A stretch of DNA of 64,000 bases from Amoebophrya sp. A120. Taxonomy: Eukaryota > Protista > Dinoflagellata. The notes beneath the pieces are model-generated. The model did no database searches, had not been told where the DNA came from, and saw only the letters and a program-made list of their open reading frames with translations. Each line of letters opens with the position of its first letter. Positions within the stretch are counted from its first letter, which is position 1. Shown here in pieces: positions 1 through 11,908 of this stretch. Both the position numbers and the translations under genes were made by a program. The stretch covers positions 9,865,979-9,929,978 of the forward strand of contig CAJINV010000003.1 in the NCBI GenBank assembly GCA_905178155.1. Reading direction: 5' to 3'.

Positions 1-2036
1 CTCTCTCTCTTTTCTCGTTCTCTTCTTCGTTGGCATCTTTCTCTTTTTGTACAGAAACAGTTTCCGTTTTTTTCTACGGGGGACAAAAAGCGCGGGATCT
101 GCGTCTGGTGCGTTCATTCTCCAGCCTCCGCCCCGTTCGCTTTCTTGCTTCCCTCTTGCTCTTTCGCTGTTCAAATCCCGCCCCTGAGTGGGGTTTTGGC
201 AAGGCTGCAAGTTCACGGAGCTCGGCCGCGATGCTCTCGGAGCCCTGGGGAAGGGATCGAAAATTCACTGCGCTTTCGATCCTCGGGAAACAAACTGCTA
301 TCAGTCCGAAGCCCCGTGAGCTTTGGACTCTCCGAAAATCTCGGTCCGGGTCGATATCGTCGAAGACCGAAAGTCCAGCGAACTTTCGAGCCTTGGCAAA
401 TCTCCCCGATCCGGACTCAAATTTGACGGGGATCGACGGAATGAAGCTCCGTGAACTTTCCATTACCTTTCCACGGGCTGGCCCGAGATAGGAGTCGAAG
501 GGAAATTCACTGAACTTTCGGCCCTCAGAAAATTCTGATCGTTCGAAAGTTCATGGAACTTTCCACGCCTTTCCCAGGCTTGGTCTGGGAGAGAGGTCGA
601 AAGTTCCCGGAGCTCTTACCCTTCTCAAAATCGCAATCAGCTGTGGGCTTTCCCGACAGCCTTGCCAGAATCTCACTCCGGATTGCGATGCAGCTCTCGC
701 CCTCTGTCTATGCATGTTTAGCGCCGTTATCATGCATCTGCGAAACGAAAAGCGTTGCGGTTGTGTGGGCGCCAAGTGGTACAGGGTGTCGCCCTAGCCC
801 CCCTGGTTTTGCAGTGAAATCAATTTTCCGCCGAGGAGGGGGGACGGCGTTTTCCGGTCCATGGTCCATGGAGAAACAGCAGCCAGCACGCGCCTTCTCC
901 GGTAGTTTCCCAGCTCCTTCCGAGGCGTTCTGGCCCAAAAGGAGCCCGACCGTCGTTTTTTGTTTTTTTGCGAATCAGAAGGGGACAAAGGGAGAAGCGG
1001 GGGACCAAGTCCCAAAAAGACCCCTCCACCCGCGTCCCAAAAAAAGCCTCATCCATCACTGAGTATGAGTAAGTAGACAAACTGAGAAATAATAGGAGTT
1101 TAAAGACCTACTCTTGCCCATTATCTCTCTCACACTCACACTGCAATGCGCCTCCAGCCTTTGTCTTTACGCTCACGCACTTTGCCCTTCTAAAGCACCT
1201 CCTTCGACAAAAGTAAACCCGAAGGCAACCGACTCTGCACAATTGGATTATCAAAAACACCGAACTTCCTTTAACGTAGCCGAGTGACTACATTCTTGCT
1301 GAATTGACCCGGCAACAACGCCACTCATTTGTAGTTGCGACCAAAAATTTAGAAAAACCCTATCTTCCTCGTGCATGTGTATTTCAAATCTAGAAAGAGG
1401 GTATAAAATTCTCATTCTGCATTCAGAGCTATACCATGCTGATCTGCCGAATGTACTGTAGAGAGACAGCGGATCGCGGAACTGCCGCAGTGCTTTTCGT
1501 GATAGACAAAGCGAAGCCGGGCAGGCTTCGATCAGTGGCATCGAACGCCGTCGGCTGATGTACTCTATGCAACTCGGGGAGGTGGACTCTGGCTATGTGC
1601 CCAAAGGTTTTTTGTCCTCCCTATGATACGCAGTCTGTCATACAATTCGAGTCGCTCGCCCATCACTTTCCACCACGACCGTAGCGTGCACGAAGTAAGT
1701 TCCTTCTGAGACTGTTTGCGCTCGCAACGAAGGTAAATCTCACAAAGTGAAACGCTGAACCTTTCGAGGGCAGCCTGTCAATATATTTATCCACTCACTC
1801 CTTCAATTACGTCTTTATCTATTTATCTATTGCTTTTCACTTGTCATCGCGAAACAAAATTTAGCTCCCGCTGCGTCCGCCTCTTTATTTAATCACAGTC
1901 GGGTCCTCAATCACAGTGGTAAGACATTGGCAAGGGCTGTCCCAAGAAGGACAGCAGCGGCAGATGGTCTCGAACCGCGTCGCTTCATAGACAAAGCGTT
2001 TTTTTCCAGAAGGCTCTGCACGTCTTTACGGTCATG

Positions 2037-2654
2037 GTGTGAATCTTCACATCCCCACGCACCGCTTCCCCATCTTGGGGAAGGGCTTCCCCTCAAATGG
2101 GGACATACTCCCCGAGCGCTGGGGAAGTGGGGAAGTCAGGCCCAACGCCCACTGTTGTGACCGAAGCCCTGCTGCCCGCAGCTGCGCTCCACAATCCTAC
2201 ATATGTATGTGAGTGGCTGCCACCTGGCGGCAAGCCAAGGATGGCGGACTTGGAACGACACGCGGGACGCGCATTGCAAGAAAAGGCGGCACGGAAGACA
2301 CGGCGGGGGCGCGATACTGGGCGCCAGAAGAAAGAAAGGAGAAGCCAAGGGGAGGAGCCGAGGCACAGGGTCAGAGGCAGGCGGAAAAGAATCGAGGGGC
2401 AGCAGCGCAAGAGAGAAGGGAAGCGCCAAGCCGACACGTCAAGCGCAAGGGCCAAGGGGGTCGCCCTTCGACTACCCTAAGCCCTAGCCCCTAACCTAAA
2501 AAAAAGTCCGGCACCGGCTGCGCATCACCTCCCGCAGTTCAAGGTGGTGACGCAGGGCAAGTGGGGAGGTGATGCAGGGGATGCGGGGTACTGATCCGGT
2601 TCGGGTGGTGATGCGTGGGGAAGGGATTGAAAGGTGTGGGGAAGTGATTCACAC
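2037..2654. mobile_element. Possible MITE-like foldback insert with imperfect terminal inverted repeats and internal TGGGGAAG/CTTCCCCA motif arrays
   Basis: The left end GTGTGAATCttcacaTCCCCAC (2037-2058) is the imperfect reverse complement of the right end GTGGGGAAGTGATTCACAC (ends 2654). No target-site duplication was found. Confidence 0.4.
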
Positions 2655-3250
2655 TCCTAGAGCTACGGCTCGCAGGAACCTACTTGCCTAGTCCCATCAC
2701 AAACGAAAGGGATGGTGCTGCTGCAGAGGCGCTTTTTGTGTTTCGGGAGAGCAGGGCCGGCTCTTTTCCGATGCGCGCGAAGTCCTAGAACTTCCCATAA
2801 GAATCCGCCTGCCGGCAACCGGGGGTTGTTAATCTATCCGAGCCACGGAGAGGGAGACCTTCGGCGTGGTCATTAGTTCAGGTTATTAGGAGAATCACAC
2901 GACGGGATCTAAGTCCCAAGTGCTGACAAATCAACAAAAAAAAAGCGACTCCCTCCTCTCGTCATCGGCGCCCTACACCTACTCTTCATCGCTAGACATA
3001 GGACCACGCTCGACAAAAGCGATGTCGAGCACCGCAAAGCGTCTGCACCGAACAAAAAACCGCATCCCCGTGTTTGAAGGGAGACAAGCAAAGGGAGGAA
3101 TCGAGTCTCATAACCCACTTGTTAACTCAATCTCAAAACAGGAACCATTACAGCTCGGATCGTCATCAGACCCATGATTGGCTCTGCGAACGGATCGCAG
3201 AAGGCGTCTCATTTCCGAATGTCCAGAAAGTCCGACGCAGATTCGAACAG

Positions 3251-4004
3251 TCAGGTAGCCAAGTACTGCCGATGCTGTTTTCCTGTCGAACCAAGCATGG
3301 GAAGCGACTTTTTCCTCGAACGGTCAAAGGACCCCCGAGCCCGTGCAGCCGTCGTGCATGGAAGCGAATGGACCTGAGGCACCGCGGTAGATGCTGTGCC
3401 CATTACCAGCCGGCGTCGTGCGTTCGTCCGTGATCTAAATTCGCCTAAAACTTTTTCGATGTCGGCAGCAAAAATTTCGTATGGAGGCGGGCACGCCTGC
3501 GCAGTCAAGACATGCGACCGCGCATCTGACTTAGGTAAAACCAGCAGCTGCGGATCCAGCCGGACATCACCGTACTTGGGCGGCGTATGTACTCCGGCGG
3601 ACGTCGAATCTCTTGTGTTTCTATCGCTTCTTGCCTGCATCCCGCGGACTTTCGCCACTGTGTCGCCACGATCTCCCACGAGGTCCTCGCCGTCGACGCA
3701 GCGATACAGGATAGCAGGAGGCCAAATGGAATTCGTCCCCGAGTACGAGGCTGCGCATGTTGATGCGGATCTGCTGCTTCTACCCGCGTTGTTCGTGACG
3801 CGGTCCAGTCCACCGACTCTACCGGCGCCACAGCTTTTCCGATACACCGCACCAAATACAAACCGCACCTGTAGGACCGGCCGCTGGAGGTCAATAACCG
3901 CGAGCGCGGCTTTATGGCGCTCACTAGCCGTGGTGTCCACATTCCAGAACCGCAGGTAGCCGTCGGCAGAGGCGCTGACCAGCAGACGCGAGCCTTCGAG
4001 CGCA
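3251..4004 (-). CDS. F-box/WD40 protein, exon 2 (C-terminal)
   Basis: The frame upstream of the 3940 ORF start reads CALEGSRLLVSASADGYLRFWNV, the second half of a WD40 repeat whose first half (LRGHAGSVEDI) ends exon 1. The join is in frame. Confidence 0.8.
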
Positions 4005-5592
4005 CAGACATCACACCGACTAACACAATGAGCGCAGTAGCACTTTTGTGTCTATTTCTTTGCGAACGCAGCTGGACGATAAACCCAAAACAGGAACCCT
4101 AAGCAAACCCTTTAAGCCCTGCGTCGGCAGCGGAACTGGGACGCTTTCTGCGTCGGCCGCGGAACTGGGACCATGCTGCGTCGGCCGCGGAAATGGAAAG
4201 AAGAACAGAAGTCACATCGCCTACAGGATAAAGAAGACAGGAGGCAAAGACGCGTAAGCAGCACAGAATGTCCGACGTGGCTATCATCAGCACCCACGCC
4301 AAGAAATAAAAAACCCCCTTCGAAAGAAAAACTGCTTGGTGCCAGCAGGGCCCGGGAAAAAGGCAAGGACGCAGGGAAAAACGTGAAAGAAGGAGGAATA
4401 TTTGAAGCGCTAGTATGGCCTTCTGCTCTGATCCATCCGGGCGCCCCCCCCCCCTTCTGGTTCCGATGCTTCCGCACTGCGGAGAACGATCCGACCCTAA
4501 ATCAAAGCACAGGGCACCAGGAGATCTACGTACGTAAACGTATGCGCACGAGCAAGGCAGGCAGAACGCGTGGCGTGGACGTCTTCCGCACTAAACCCAA
4601 TCCGGGGGATATGTTAACGGACCAGCGCCAGGACGAGGACACGACAGACACGATCGCAGGAAACGAAACCACACTCGAGAGGGCAAGCAAAGGACAGGAG
4701 CAAGCTCTCCTGTAGAAATTTAAGTCCTCAGCCACCCGCCCCGTGAAGTCGAAACAAAATAAAAAAACCACACCACTCGGGCCAATTTGAGAAGCTTGCG
4801 GTGCGCTCAGGAGGGGCAAAAGATCGATCAAAAAATGCGAGAGAGGAAAGCGGCAATCGAAGTAATACAAAAACAGAGGCTAAACTCATGCGAGCAGCCA
4901 CGAACAAGATGGAAGGGCAAGAGGCGAGATCGAGACTGAAACCAGGCCTACGATGCAAGTGGTTGCTATATAGGATTCTCAGCGGCTGGATCTCAGCGAG
5001 TTCATCTCAAAGGCCTCGGAGGCCTCAACGACTTTCCGAGGACCTCAACGACTGGTCTCAACGATAAACACACGCGAGAAGTTGCCGGCGTGAAGGTCGG
5101 CAAGCCAATGCAGAAAGGAGAGCCACCGGACGGACAACGAAGGGCGCGCGTTTAGAGAAACACAGGGCGCAACGAGAGGACGCGGGTCGGCGTGCAACAT
5201 TAGGAGGGTAGCAAAAGAAAACCGCCGGGGGGGGGCAGTCACTCGCTGCCGGCCTGCCCGACGACCCTAGACCCCAAGCCCTAAACCCGAAACCAGCGGA
5301 GCTGGCGGCACCGATTTGGTGCGCCGGTCGTTCAGATATATTTCTCAACGTTAAGCTATGAGGTCTCAAAGTTGAGATCTGGAAGTGCAGTTGAGGTACC
5401 TGTAGTGCAACCCATAGAAGCTCCCTCGTGCAATCTCAGACGAAAAGCGGCATCGAGAGGAAACTCAGCATTTCAGAATGCTCATGTAATGCAGAGCATC
5501 AACATACATAATGGCTCATAAAAATGAGCCGCTCTGTCGGCATGCAATTCTTCATTTTTGCGGCTGTGCACTAGCATTTGTCAGTGTGGTAG
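4005..5592 (-). other. Non-canonical 1588-nt intron with 8-nt direct repeat and degenerate terminal inverted repeat (introner-like)
   Basis: Direct repeat GATATCTG (5600-5593) / GATGTCTG (4012-4005). The two intron ends share a ~30-nt degenerate IR. The nearest GT/AG pair gives an immediate stop. Confidence 0.7.
4119..4197. repeat. Three tandem ~28-bp units CTGCGTCGGC(A/C)GCGGAA(C/A)TGG inside the intron
   Basis: Direct inspection of 4119-4197. Confidence 0.75.
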
Positions 5593-7946
5593 CAGATATC
5601 CTCTACCGAGCCTGCGTGGCCGCGGAGCTCGATGACCTCGTCGCAAACCGCCGATGTTCTTTCTACCAGGGTTGTGTGCGGCACCAGTTGGCCCCACGGA
5701 AATTGTAGAATTAGCCCAGAACTCAACCCAACGAACAAAGCTTTTGCCCGGACGGCATGCAAAGCCACGATGTGAGCATTGGTGGAGAACGACAAATGAT
5801 GCTGCGAGTTCTTCCACACGTCCCACACGTGCAATTTCCGGTCGAACCCACCACTGCAAACTAAATTCCCTTCCAGGTGGGTACATACATACATGGGCGG
5901 GGCGCCGCTCGGTGAAATAATGGGCGTGCGTTCTCCAGTCACACCCGGGTATCGCACGTCTCCGCAACACTTGGACTTGAAGACGCTCGCGTTATCCGTC
6001 GACTTGCCTCCAATAGCACTCGCCCTCGATTGAGAAAGCAACTTCCGTCCCGACGAAAGTGCCACCGGATGTGGCCCCGATTGGTCCTCCGTGCTGCCCC
6101 CCGCTGCTGTTGTCGGGGCCGGAACACGGATGGAATGCAAATCGAGCTGCAGCACGTCTTCAAAAGTGGCGCGATCCCGATGCTCTGGAAGTTCCGGAAG
6201 TAACCATAAATCCGCATGCGTCTCTGCGGAGAAAGGCAAGCACCAGTCGTAAAAAACCGCGGGCGCAGTTCGTTGACAAGCACGGCCGCTTTGGCTTTCC
6301 TCTGGTTCCTGCTCCCACAAACGCAGTCGCCTGATGCGCTCTGCTTCCAAACATCGCAAGCGATCAAGGCCACACACAACTGGCGAAGCATTCAAACTGA
6401 GGCGGTTTCCCGTTTGTTCTTCGCTCACGCGCTCGCACGGGTCGAAACAAGCACCACTGGCAGCCGTCGTGGAATCAATGGTCATGGAATCTCGGCTCAC
6501 AGTGGCTAGCAGCCTCCGTAGCGGCACGTCGCTGGGCTGGTGTCGGTGCCGCTGAAGGTGAAGCTCCTGTGGATCGGCTCCCTGTACAACTTTACCAACG
6601 TGGGCGCGCACACTCCCGTCCTCGTGAGCAGTGAGTGCTATGAACCCACTGGTGCCGTCGTCGTCGAGTGCGTGTGCGTCCCCGTCAATGTAGGAAATAA
6701 TACTCAACCTATTCGCGGGTCCTCCAGATAGCGGACACTGAAATATCTCGAGTAGGCGAAAGCACTGAAAAGCACTTCCGGCAGGAGTTCTGGCTGCTTC
6801 GACTGCAGCCGAAGGGCTCGCCGTCCGGGTGTTCACCTCTTGTTTTAGCTCCCCGACACCACGCTCCAAACGCCAGACTCGAAATAATCCGTCCAGACCC
6901 ACAGTCAATAGCAGGCTGCGGGCGGACGCTATTCCCGTGACGCTCGACCGGTGCGCACTTGCGAGTTGGCACAGTTCTTGGTGTGGGCCGTGGCCTAGGT
7001 TTTCCTCTAGCGAAAATCTCGACGGCGTCGCGCCGAACTGGGCTGGAGTTTCGGAACTTTTCCTCGTTGGCCGCGCGCCGGCAGACGCTCCGAACAGAAC
7101 TTGCCCGTACACGCGCAACGTTCCCTCATTGCTGCCCACGATAATGACGTTGACAAGTGGCCAGACACAGGAGTGCAAACAGGTGGCACAAAAAGCAGAC
7201 CGACCGGAAATGCAACTGCTCCTGCCAGGATGGTGCCCTGCTACTACCCTTGGCGACCACACAGGCAACCGGAGCTGCTCCACGTACGAAAGGTTTTTCA
7301 CGTTTCCTTCTCTACCTGTTTCAGTGTGCCAGCCTAAAAATGTGTCTCGACTTCGTGTCGCTGGAGTAGATGTACGCCGCATCACATCCGGACACCGATG
7401 CAATGGAACAGGCAAGCCACCACGCCCTTCGACTACCGCGCACGCCTGCGTGCGCACGAGATCCGTAGAGAGGCTGCGCAGATAACGTGATCCATGTCGC
7501 CAAAGCGCTCGGCGTTGACACCATATATGCCATGCTTCCCGTTCGGAGATCAGGCCTTCACTCCGTGTCACCAAGCGCTGCACGATATCCGCTTCCAGTG
7601 TGCGAACTGGATCCCCCAGCGCTTGCCCTCGAAGGATCAGATGGCCAAAGTCCTGGACGCAGCACCGCCAGACATCACAGGTGCAAGCCAGCGCGCACAA
7701 GGACGCGCTCGAACAAAACAGCGCGATGCGAAAAAGCAGCTCGTCTGGGAGAAGCAGCAGGCAAACGCTATCTTCGTTTTCCGGTTGTAGCTTTTCTTCC
7801 TGCAGCGTCACGGGAACGGGGATAAGGCTGTTGGTACGTTCTTTGTCGTCGCCAAACAATGGCGTCGCGGGATCGAAAGCATTGCCCTCTTCGACAAAAA
7901 TTTCATCCACCCATCCGTGAGCGTGCGCCTCGTCGCCAATAAACAT
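5593..7946 (-). CDS. F-box/WD40 protein, exon 1 (about 1035 aa spliced; probable SCF substrate receptor)
   Basis: F-box motif LLLLPDELLFRIALFCSSASLCALACTCDVWR. WD40-type motifs AHRSSVTGI..LLTVGLDGLFRVWRL, LVCSGGFDRKLHVWDV, LRGHAGSV. Confidence 0.88.
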
Positions 7947-8094
7947 GCCAGGCGTAGCCTCGAGGTCGGACGAAGCACAGCAATGATGCTCGAAATTATG
8001 TCGCCCTCGCCCGATGTTTGGTCGACACTTATCCTACCCCTGTATTTTTTGCAGACCAACACTCGAATTCGCTTGGAGTTCCAATGTGAGGGCC

Positions 8095-8215
8095 GTGCTT
8101 GGGCTTGAGCCCCGGCCCCGCTTCTGGGCTTGCGTTTGCGTCTGAGTTCCAATATTGGCAGCTCGCGGCCTGAGTCCCAATATTGCTTGCGGACTTGGGT
8201 CCGAGTTCGCGCGTC
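8095..8215. repeat. Degenerate 6-bp-period repeat (TGRGYY-like)
   Basis: gggctt gagccc ... tgggct tgcgtt tgcgtc tgagtt. A similar pattern occurs in the opposite orientation at 38640-38940. Confidence 0.4.
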
Positions 8216-10370
8216 GGCTATCAGTTTCAGAATCCGCTACCTATTTCCGTCTGGATCTGAGCAAGGGCTGACGGGAGTTTTCTACGGGCCACGTTTGTAA
8301 AAGACAAGGCAAAAGCCCGCATGACAACTATTGCGCGAAGGGGGCCAACCACTACCCTGGCGCCATATCCTCAGCAGGCTGAAGGGCTACCACGATCGCG
8401 AGCAAAGACAATTATGGCGCGCTACTCAGCACAGCGGCGAACGGTGACCGTTTTGCAACTAGCGGCTCGCGCCACAGGTCGGCGGACTGTGCTGCTCAAC
8501 TGCCAACGCTCGGGCAGCGTTCTTGGTTGTTCTTTTTTTCGTAGCGCGATGCCTTTTTGGGTCTTCCAGAGTTGTGCCATCCCACGAAACGCCGGCCATC
8601 CTTTTCCTCGGCCTACCCGTACCCGGTGATCTTCTCCGTCGACCCGTCCTCCTCCCCTAGTAGGAACGAATCAATAGCAATAGTAGCCGCCTCGGCGGGG
8701 TTTATTGTGAAATTCCTGAAGGTCAGCACGTTGGTGTTCATGCTGCCACCTACACCCACGTGCTGACGTTTCGGTGCCCGCTGCAGCCGTGCCCGGCCGC
8801 ACGGTAGGGGTTTCCCTGCGGCGCCTTCTCTTCCTTGCCGCCGGCATTCAAGAACCGGCCCGACTGCCTCCTAATCCATGCCACTAGTTTCAAGCGCCCC
8901 ACTGCTCCGGGCGCTGCACGATGGAACCACGTGGCGCGTGCCGCTGCTACGTACAACACGAGACCGCGCGTCCGGCACGGTAGACCTCCCCAGCCGTTCG
9001 GATTTTAGCACCCAACGGCTTCATAATGTACTGTCTGCAATCTCCTCCCAGTGATTTTCGTTTGCTCTTTGTGTGTATGGCGCATGATAGCTTGCTCTCG
9101 TTTTGGCCACTTTGTGAAAGTTTTGCAGCAGGCACGCGCAGCCGGGATTCTTGAAAGCGACCGGGGGGAGCGGGGCCCCCATTTCGTCGTCGCTTCGCGA
9201 AGCCGCAAAGTTCCTACTTCTTAAGCAAAAGCGACAGGGAAGAATTTTCGCAGCAAAATTGCGGCTCTTCATTTCCATCCGTGCAATCCTATTTATCTAT
9301 TGCGCAAGGGGATTTAGAACTTTAGGCGGCGCGCCCCGCCGTTCGCAGCTCGCAGTTCTAATGGTGAGACACCGCAAAGAACGGCCAATACTGCACTTGA
9401 GGCTTGCCGCCAATACTTTTGATGGTGCGCGTGAGGCTTGCCGCCAGTGCAACCAGGCTTATGTTCTTATATTGTTATACTCCCAACGGTTTCACACTGG
9501 TAAGAGCCCACGCCTCATGTGTCTTCATCCCATATATATGAAAGATGATGCGCTGAGTCTTGTCTTCGCGCTACGTTTGCTCAGAACGACTTCGAATGAT
9601 AACAGCAGGGCGTAGCACGACTCTGGTAGTTTTTCACGCCAAAACAGAAATCAATAGAGCGATGGTAAATTGGTAACTCATCACTCCGTCGAGATTCTAT
9701 CTGACATTTTCCGCAAGGAATAAGTCACCGAGAGCAGCCTTCCGCCCCCCCCCAAAGTATAGCTGTATGATCTGAGTCCAGAAAGCAATGAGGCGGGATC
9801 AATCACTTTCATGTGTAGGCAATGACTTGAACACTTGACAGAGAGTTGCACTCGCTAACAAGCGGCTTCGAAAATTTTCACTTTCCATCTTGGTGGAGAG
9901 CTCCAAACCCAGAAGTGACGAGTTTTCGGTCGCCGCGAAGAGCAACGAAAGTAGAAGCATCTCCATCTTCTTCTCGGTCTTTTCTTCCACAAGCTGCTCA
10001 GACCAGAATGTAAAACTTGCGGTACAAAGAACGCAATCTTTTGTTTGAGTGTCTTTACACAGAAGTGGCTTGCCTTCGCGGGTAGCTAAGTCACAATGAA
10101 TATAGACTCCGGATGCAAACGGTTGCGCCACAAACGAAGAAGCAAAAAAGTTGTACAGGAAGCGTAGTATAACATTGATTCGATTTCTTTCGGCTAACTA
10201 CTTACCCATTGGTCAAATCATCCACTGCACAAACAAAAAGAAAGAAGAGCGCGCGTGCCGCTGATATCATCGCCTGTCAATTGACACCGCCGAAATTTTT
10301 TGATAAAAGCGGCAAGAACGCTACCCTTCGTCAAAATAGACAAGCCTCAAAATGACCGAATTCCCGCCAT

Positions 10371-10970
10371 TTACAGCTCGTCGGCCTTGTTCTTTGAGCT
10401 CTGTTTGTTGGCCTGTTCAGGGTTGCGAAAAGACCGCACCATGGGGGGCTGCAGAGCTGTTCGCGTCTGCAAAGGTTTCCATCCATGTGCCGGGACCGAG
10501 TGCGCGGGGCCAGAGACCTTCCAGATTCCTTCGCCCGAACTGGCGTCCAGCCACCAGCATCCGTCCTTCCGGTTGAAGTATACGTATGCATTCGTGGCGT
10601 GGCGAAACCAATCGGCTCCGTCATTCAATTCCTGCCACACTTGTGCGGTGTTCCAGCCCTTCGCCTTGCACACCGCGCCGAATCCCGGTGGTATCTCCGT
10701 GGCACTGGTCCGCAGGTACTGCCCGTTTTCCGGGCCCTGGTAGAGCACGTCCAGAAGTTGCGTGGTTGCACTTCCTGAGGGCGCCTGTGCTGTCGACGTC
10801 GTCGGCTTCTTTTTCATTTCTTCCCACTTAGCAAAAACCTCGAGCACGGCAGCAGCGCGACTATCATGCGCAATTTCCGCGGGCGTTGCGCCCACCGTCC
10901 CCCGGAAGCCGGGATCGGCCCCGGCCGCAAGCAGCTGCTCCGCTCCGACGGGCAAATTGTTGGAAGCCAT
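10371..10970 (-). CDS. Ankyrin-repeat protein, exon 2
   Basis: MASNNLPVGAEQLLAAGADP...TPAEIA completes the ankyrin repeat begun by YGMTPLHR in exon 1. Confidence 0.85.
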   Translation of the reverse strand: MASNNLPVGAEQLLAAGADPGFRGTVGATPAEIAHDSRAAAVLEVFAKWEEMKKKPTTSTAQAPSGSATTQLLDVLYQGPENGQYLRTSATEIPPGFGAVCKAKGWNTAQVWQELNDGADWFRHATNAYVYFNRKDGCWWLDASSGEGIWKVSGPAHSVPAHGWKPLQTRTALQPPMVRSFRNPEQANKQSSKNKADEL

Positions 10971-11266
10971 AAAGTATGCATTGCATGTGTACGAGTCTGG
11001 AGAAATTCACGCTTGCAACGCTTACTTTGGGTCACACCAAAAATGTCACCACCATCAGAAGTCTCCGCTTTCCTCTTATGAAGCGCAGGAGTGACATATC
11101 ACGCAGTGTCGGCATTGAGCGATCCCTTTTTTAGAGACCTCCACTACTGCGGCATAAGCTCTATAAAAATGGCACTGCCTGCAGTACCTAGACTCTATTC
11201 GCGATGCAGAGTCTGCATGACTAAAATGTTGCGTCTTTCAGACCGAAACATAGATACGGTGGATAT
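10971..11266 (-). other. Non-canonical 296-nt intron (AT..TT, TA..TA or AT..AT depending on register) with degenerate subterminal inverted repeat
   Basis: Joining CATCGC|ATGGCT restores TPLHRMASNN. The nearby GT..AG pair adds 26 nt before the ATG and shifts the frame. The ends share atgtttcg-gtctgaaa / atgtgtacgagtctggaga in inverted orientation. Confidence 0.7.
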
Positions 11267-11908
11267 GCGATGCAGCGGTGTCATCCCGTAGGTGTCAAGC
11301 CCTTCCACGTCGGCACCGAACTCCACCAGAACAGCAACGGCATCCTGGGCATCGCGACTCATGCCGCACAAGTGTAACGGCTGGGCTCCGCCAGTAGAGA
11401 TGTCATTCACCAGGTCAGGGTACTTTGTCAGCAGTTCGCGCAGCGTCGGCTTTTCGGTATGAGCCTCCCGTAGCGCGTTGCTAACCGGGGTGTAGCCGCC
11501 TCCCGCGTACACCGGACCCGGGCGCGGGTTGTGGTTCTGGTACTGTTTACCAATGACCACCGCGCCGGTATTAGGGTCCCGCTTCACCCGACCCCCGTAG
11601 ATGCCCGGCCCCACCGTGTCCGCGTAGGGATCAAACCCCTCGCTGTCGGTGTTTCCCGGCGGCCCGTACTTTTCTACCATGCCCGGCGCAAAGGGATCGT
11701 ACGTGATCCGAACGCCATCCGAGGCCCGGAAGCGCTCCTTTTGCTCTGTCATGATCGGCATAGCCGCGGGAATCCCTACAAGTGCCGGCTGCAACTGCTG
11801 CGCGAAGGCAGTTGTGCTCCTAGGTGTCCAGACAAGCTCACTCAACGGCAATGCCACTGTCGCGAAAACACGACGCGTAGTTTGCACAGCCGCTCGGAGA
11901 AAAACCAT
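11267..11908 (-). CDS. Ankyrin-repeat protein, exon 1 (Arg-rich N-terminus may be an organelle presequence)
   Basis: GGAQPLHLCGMS...AVAVLVEFGADVEGLDTYGMTPLHR ankyrin motifs. First ATG at 11908. Confidence 0.85.

Noticed and set aside
1251-1750. Possible minus-strand exons
   Set aside because: No recognisable motif and no defensible splice junctions.
10997-11257. Canonical GT..AG splicing of the ankyrin intron
   Set aside because: It leaves 26 nt before ATGGCT, shifting the frame and breaking the ankyrin repeat.
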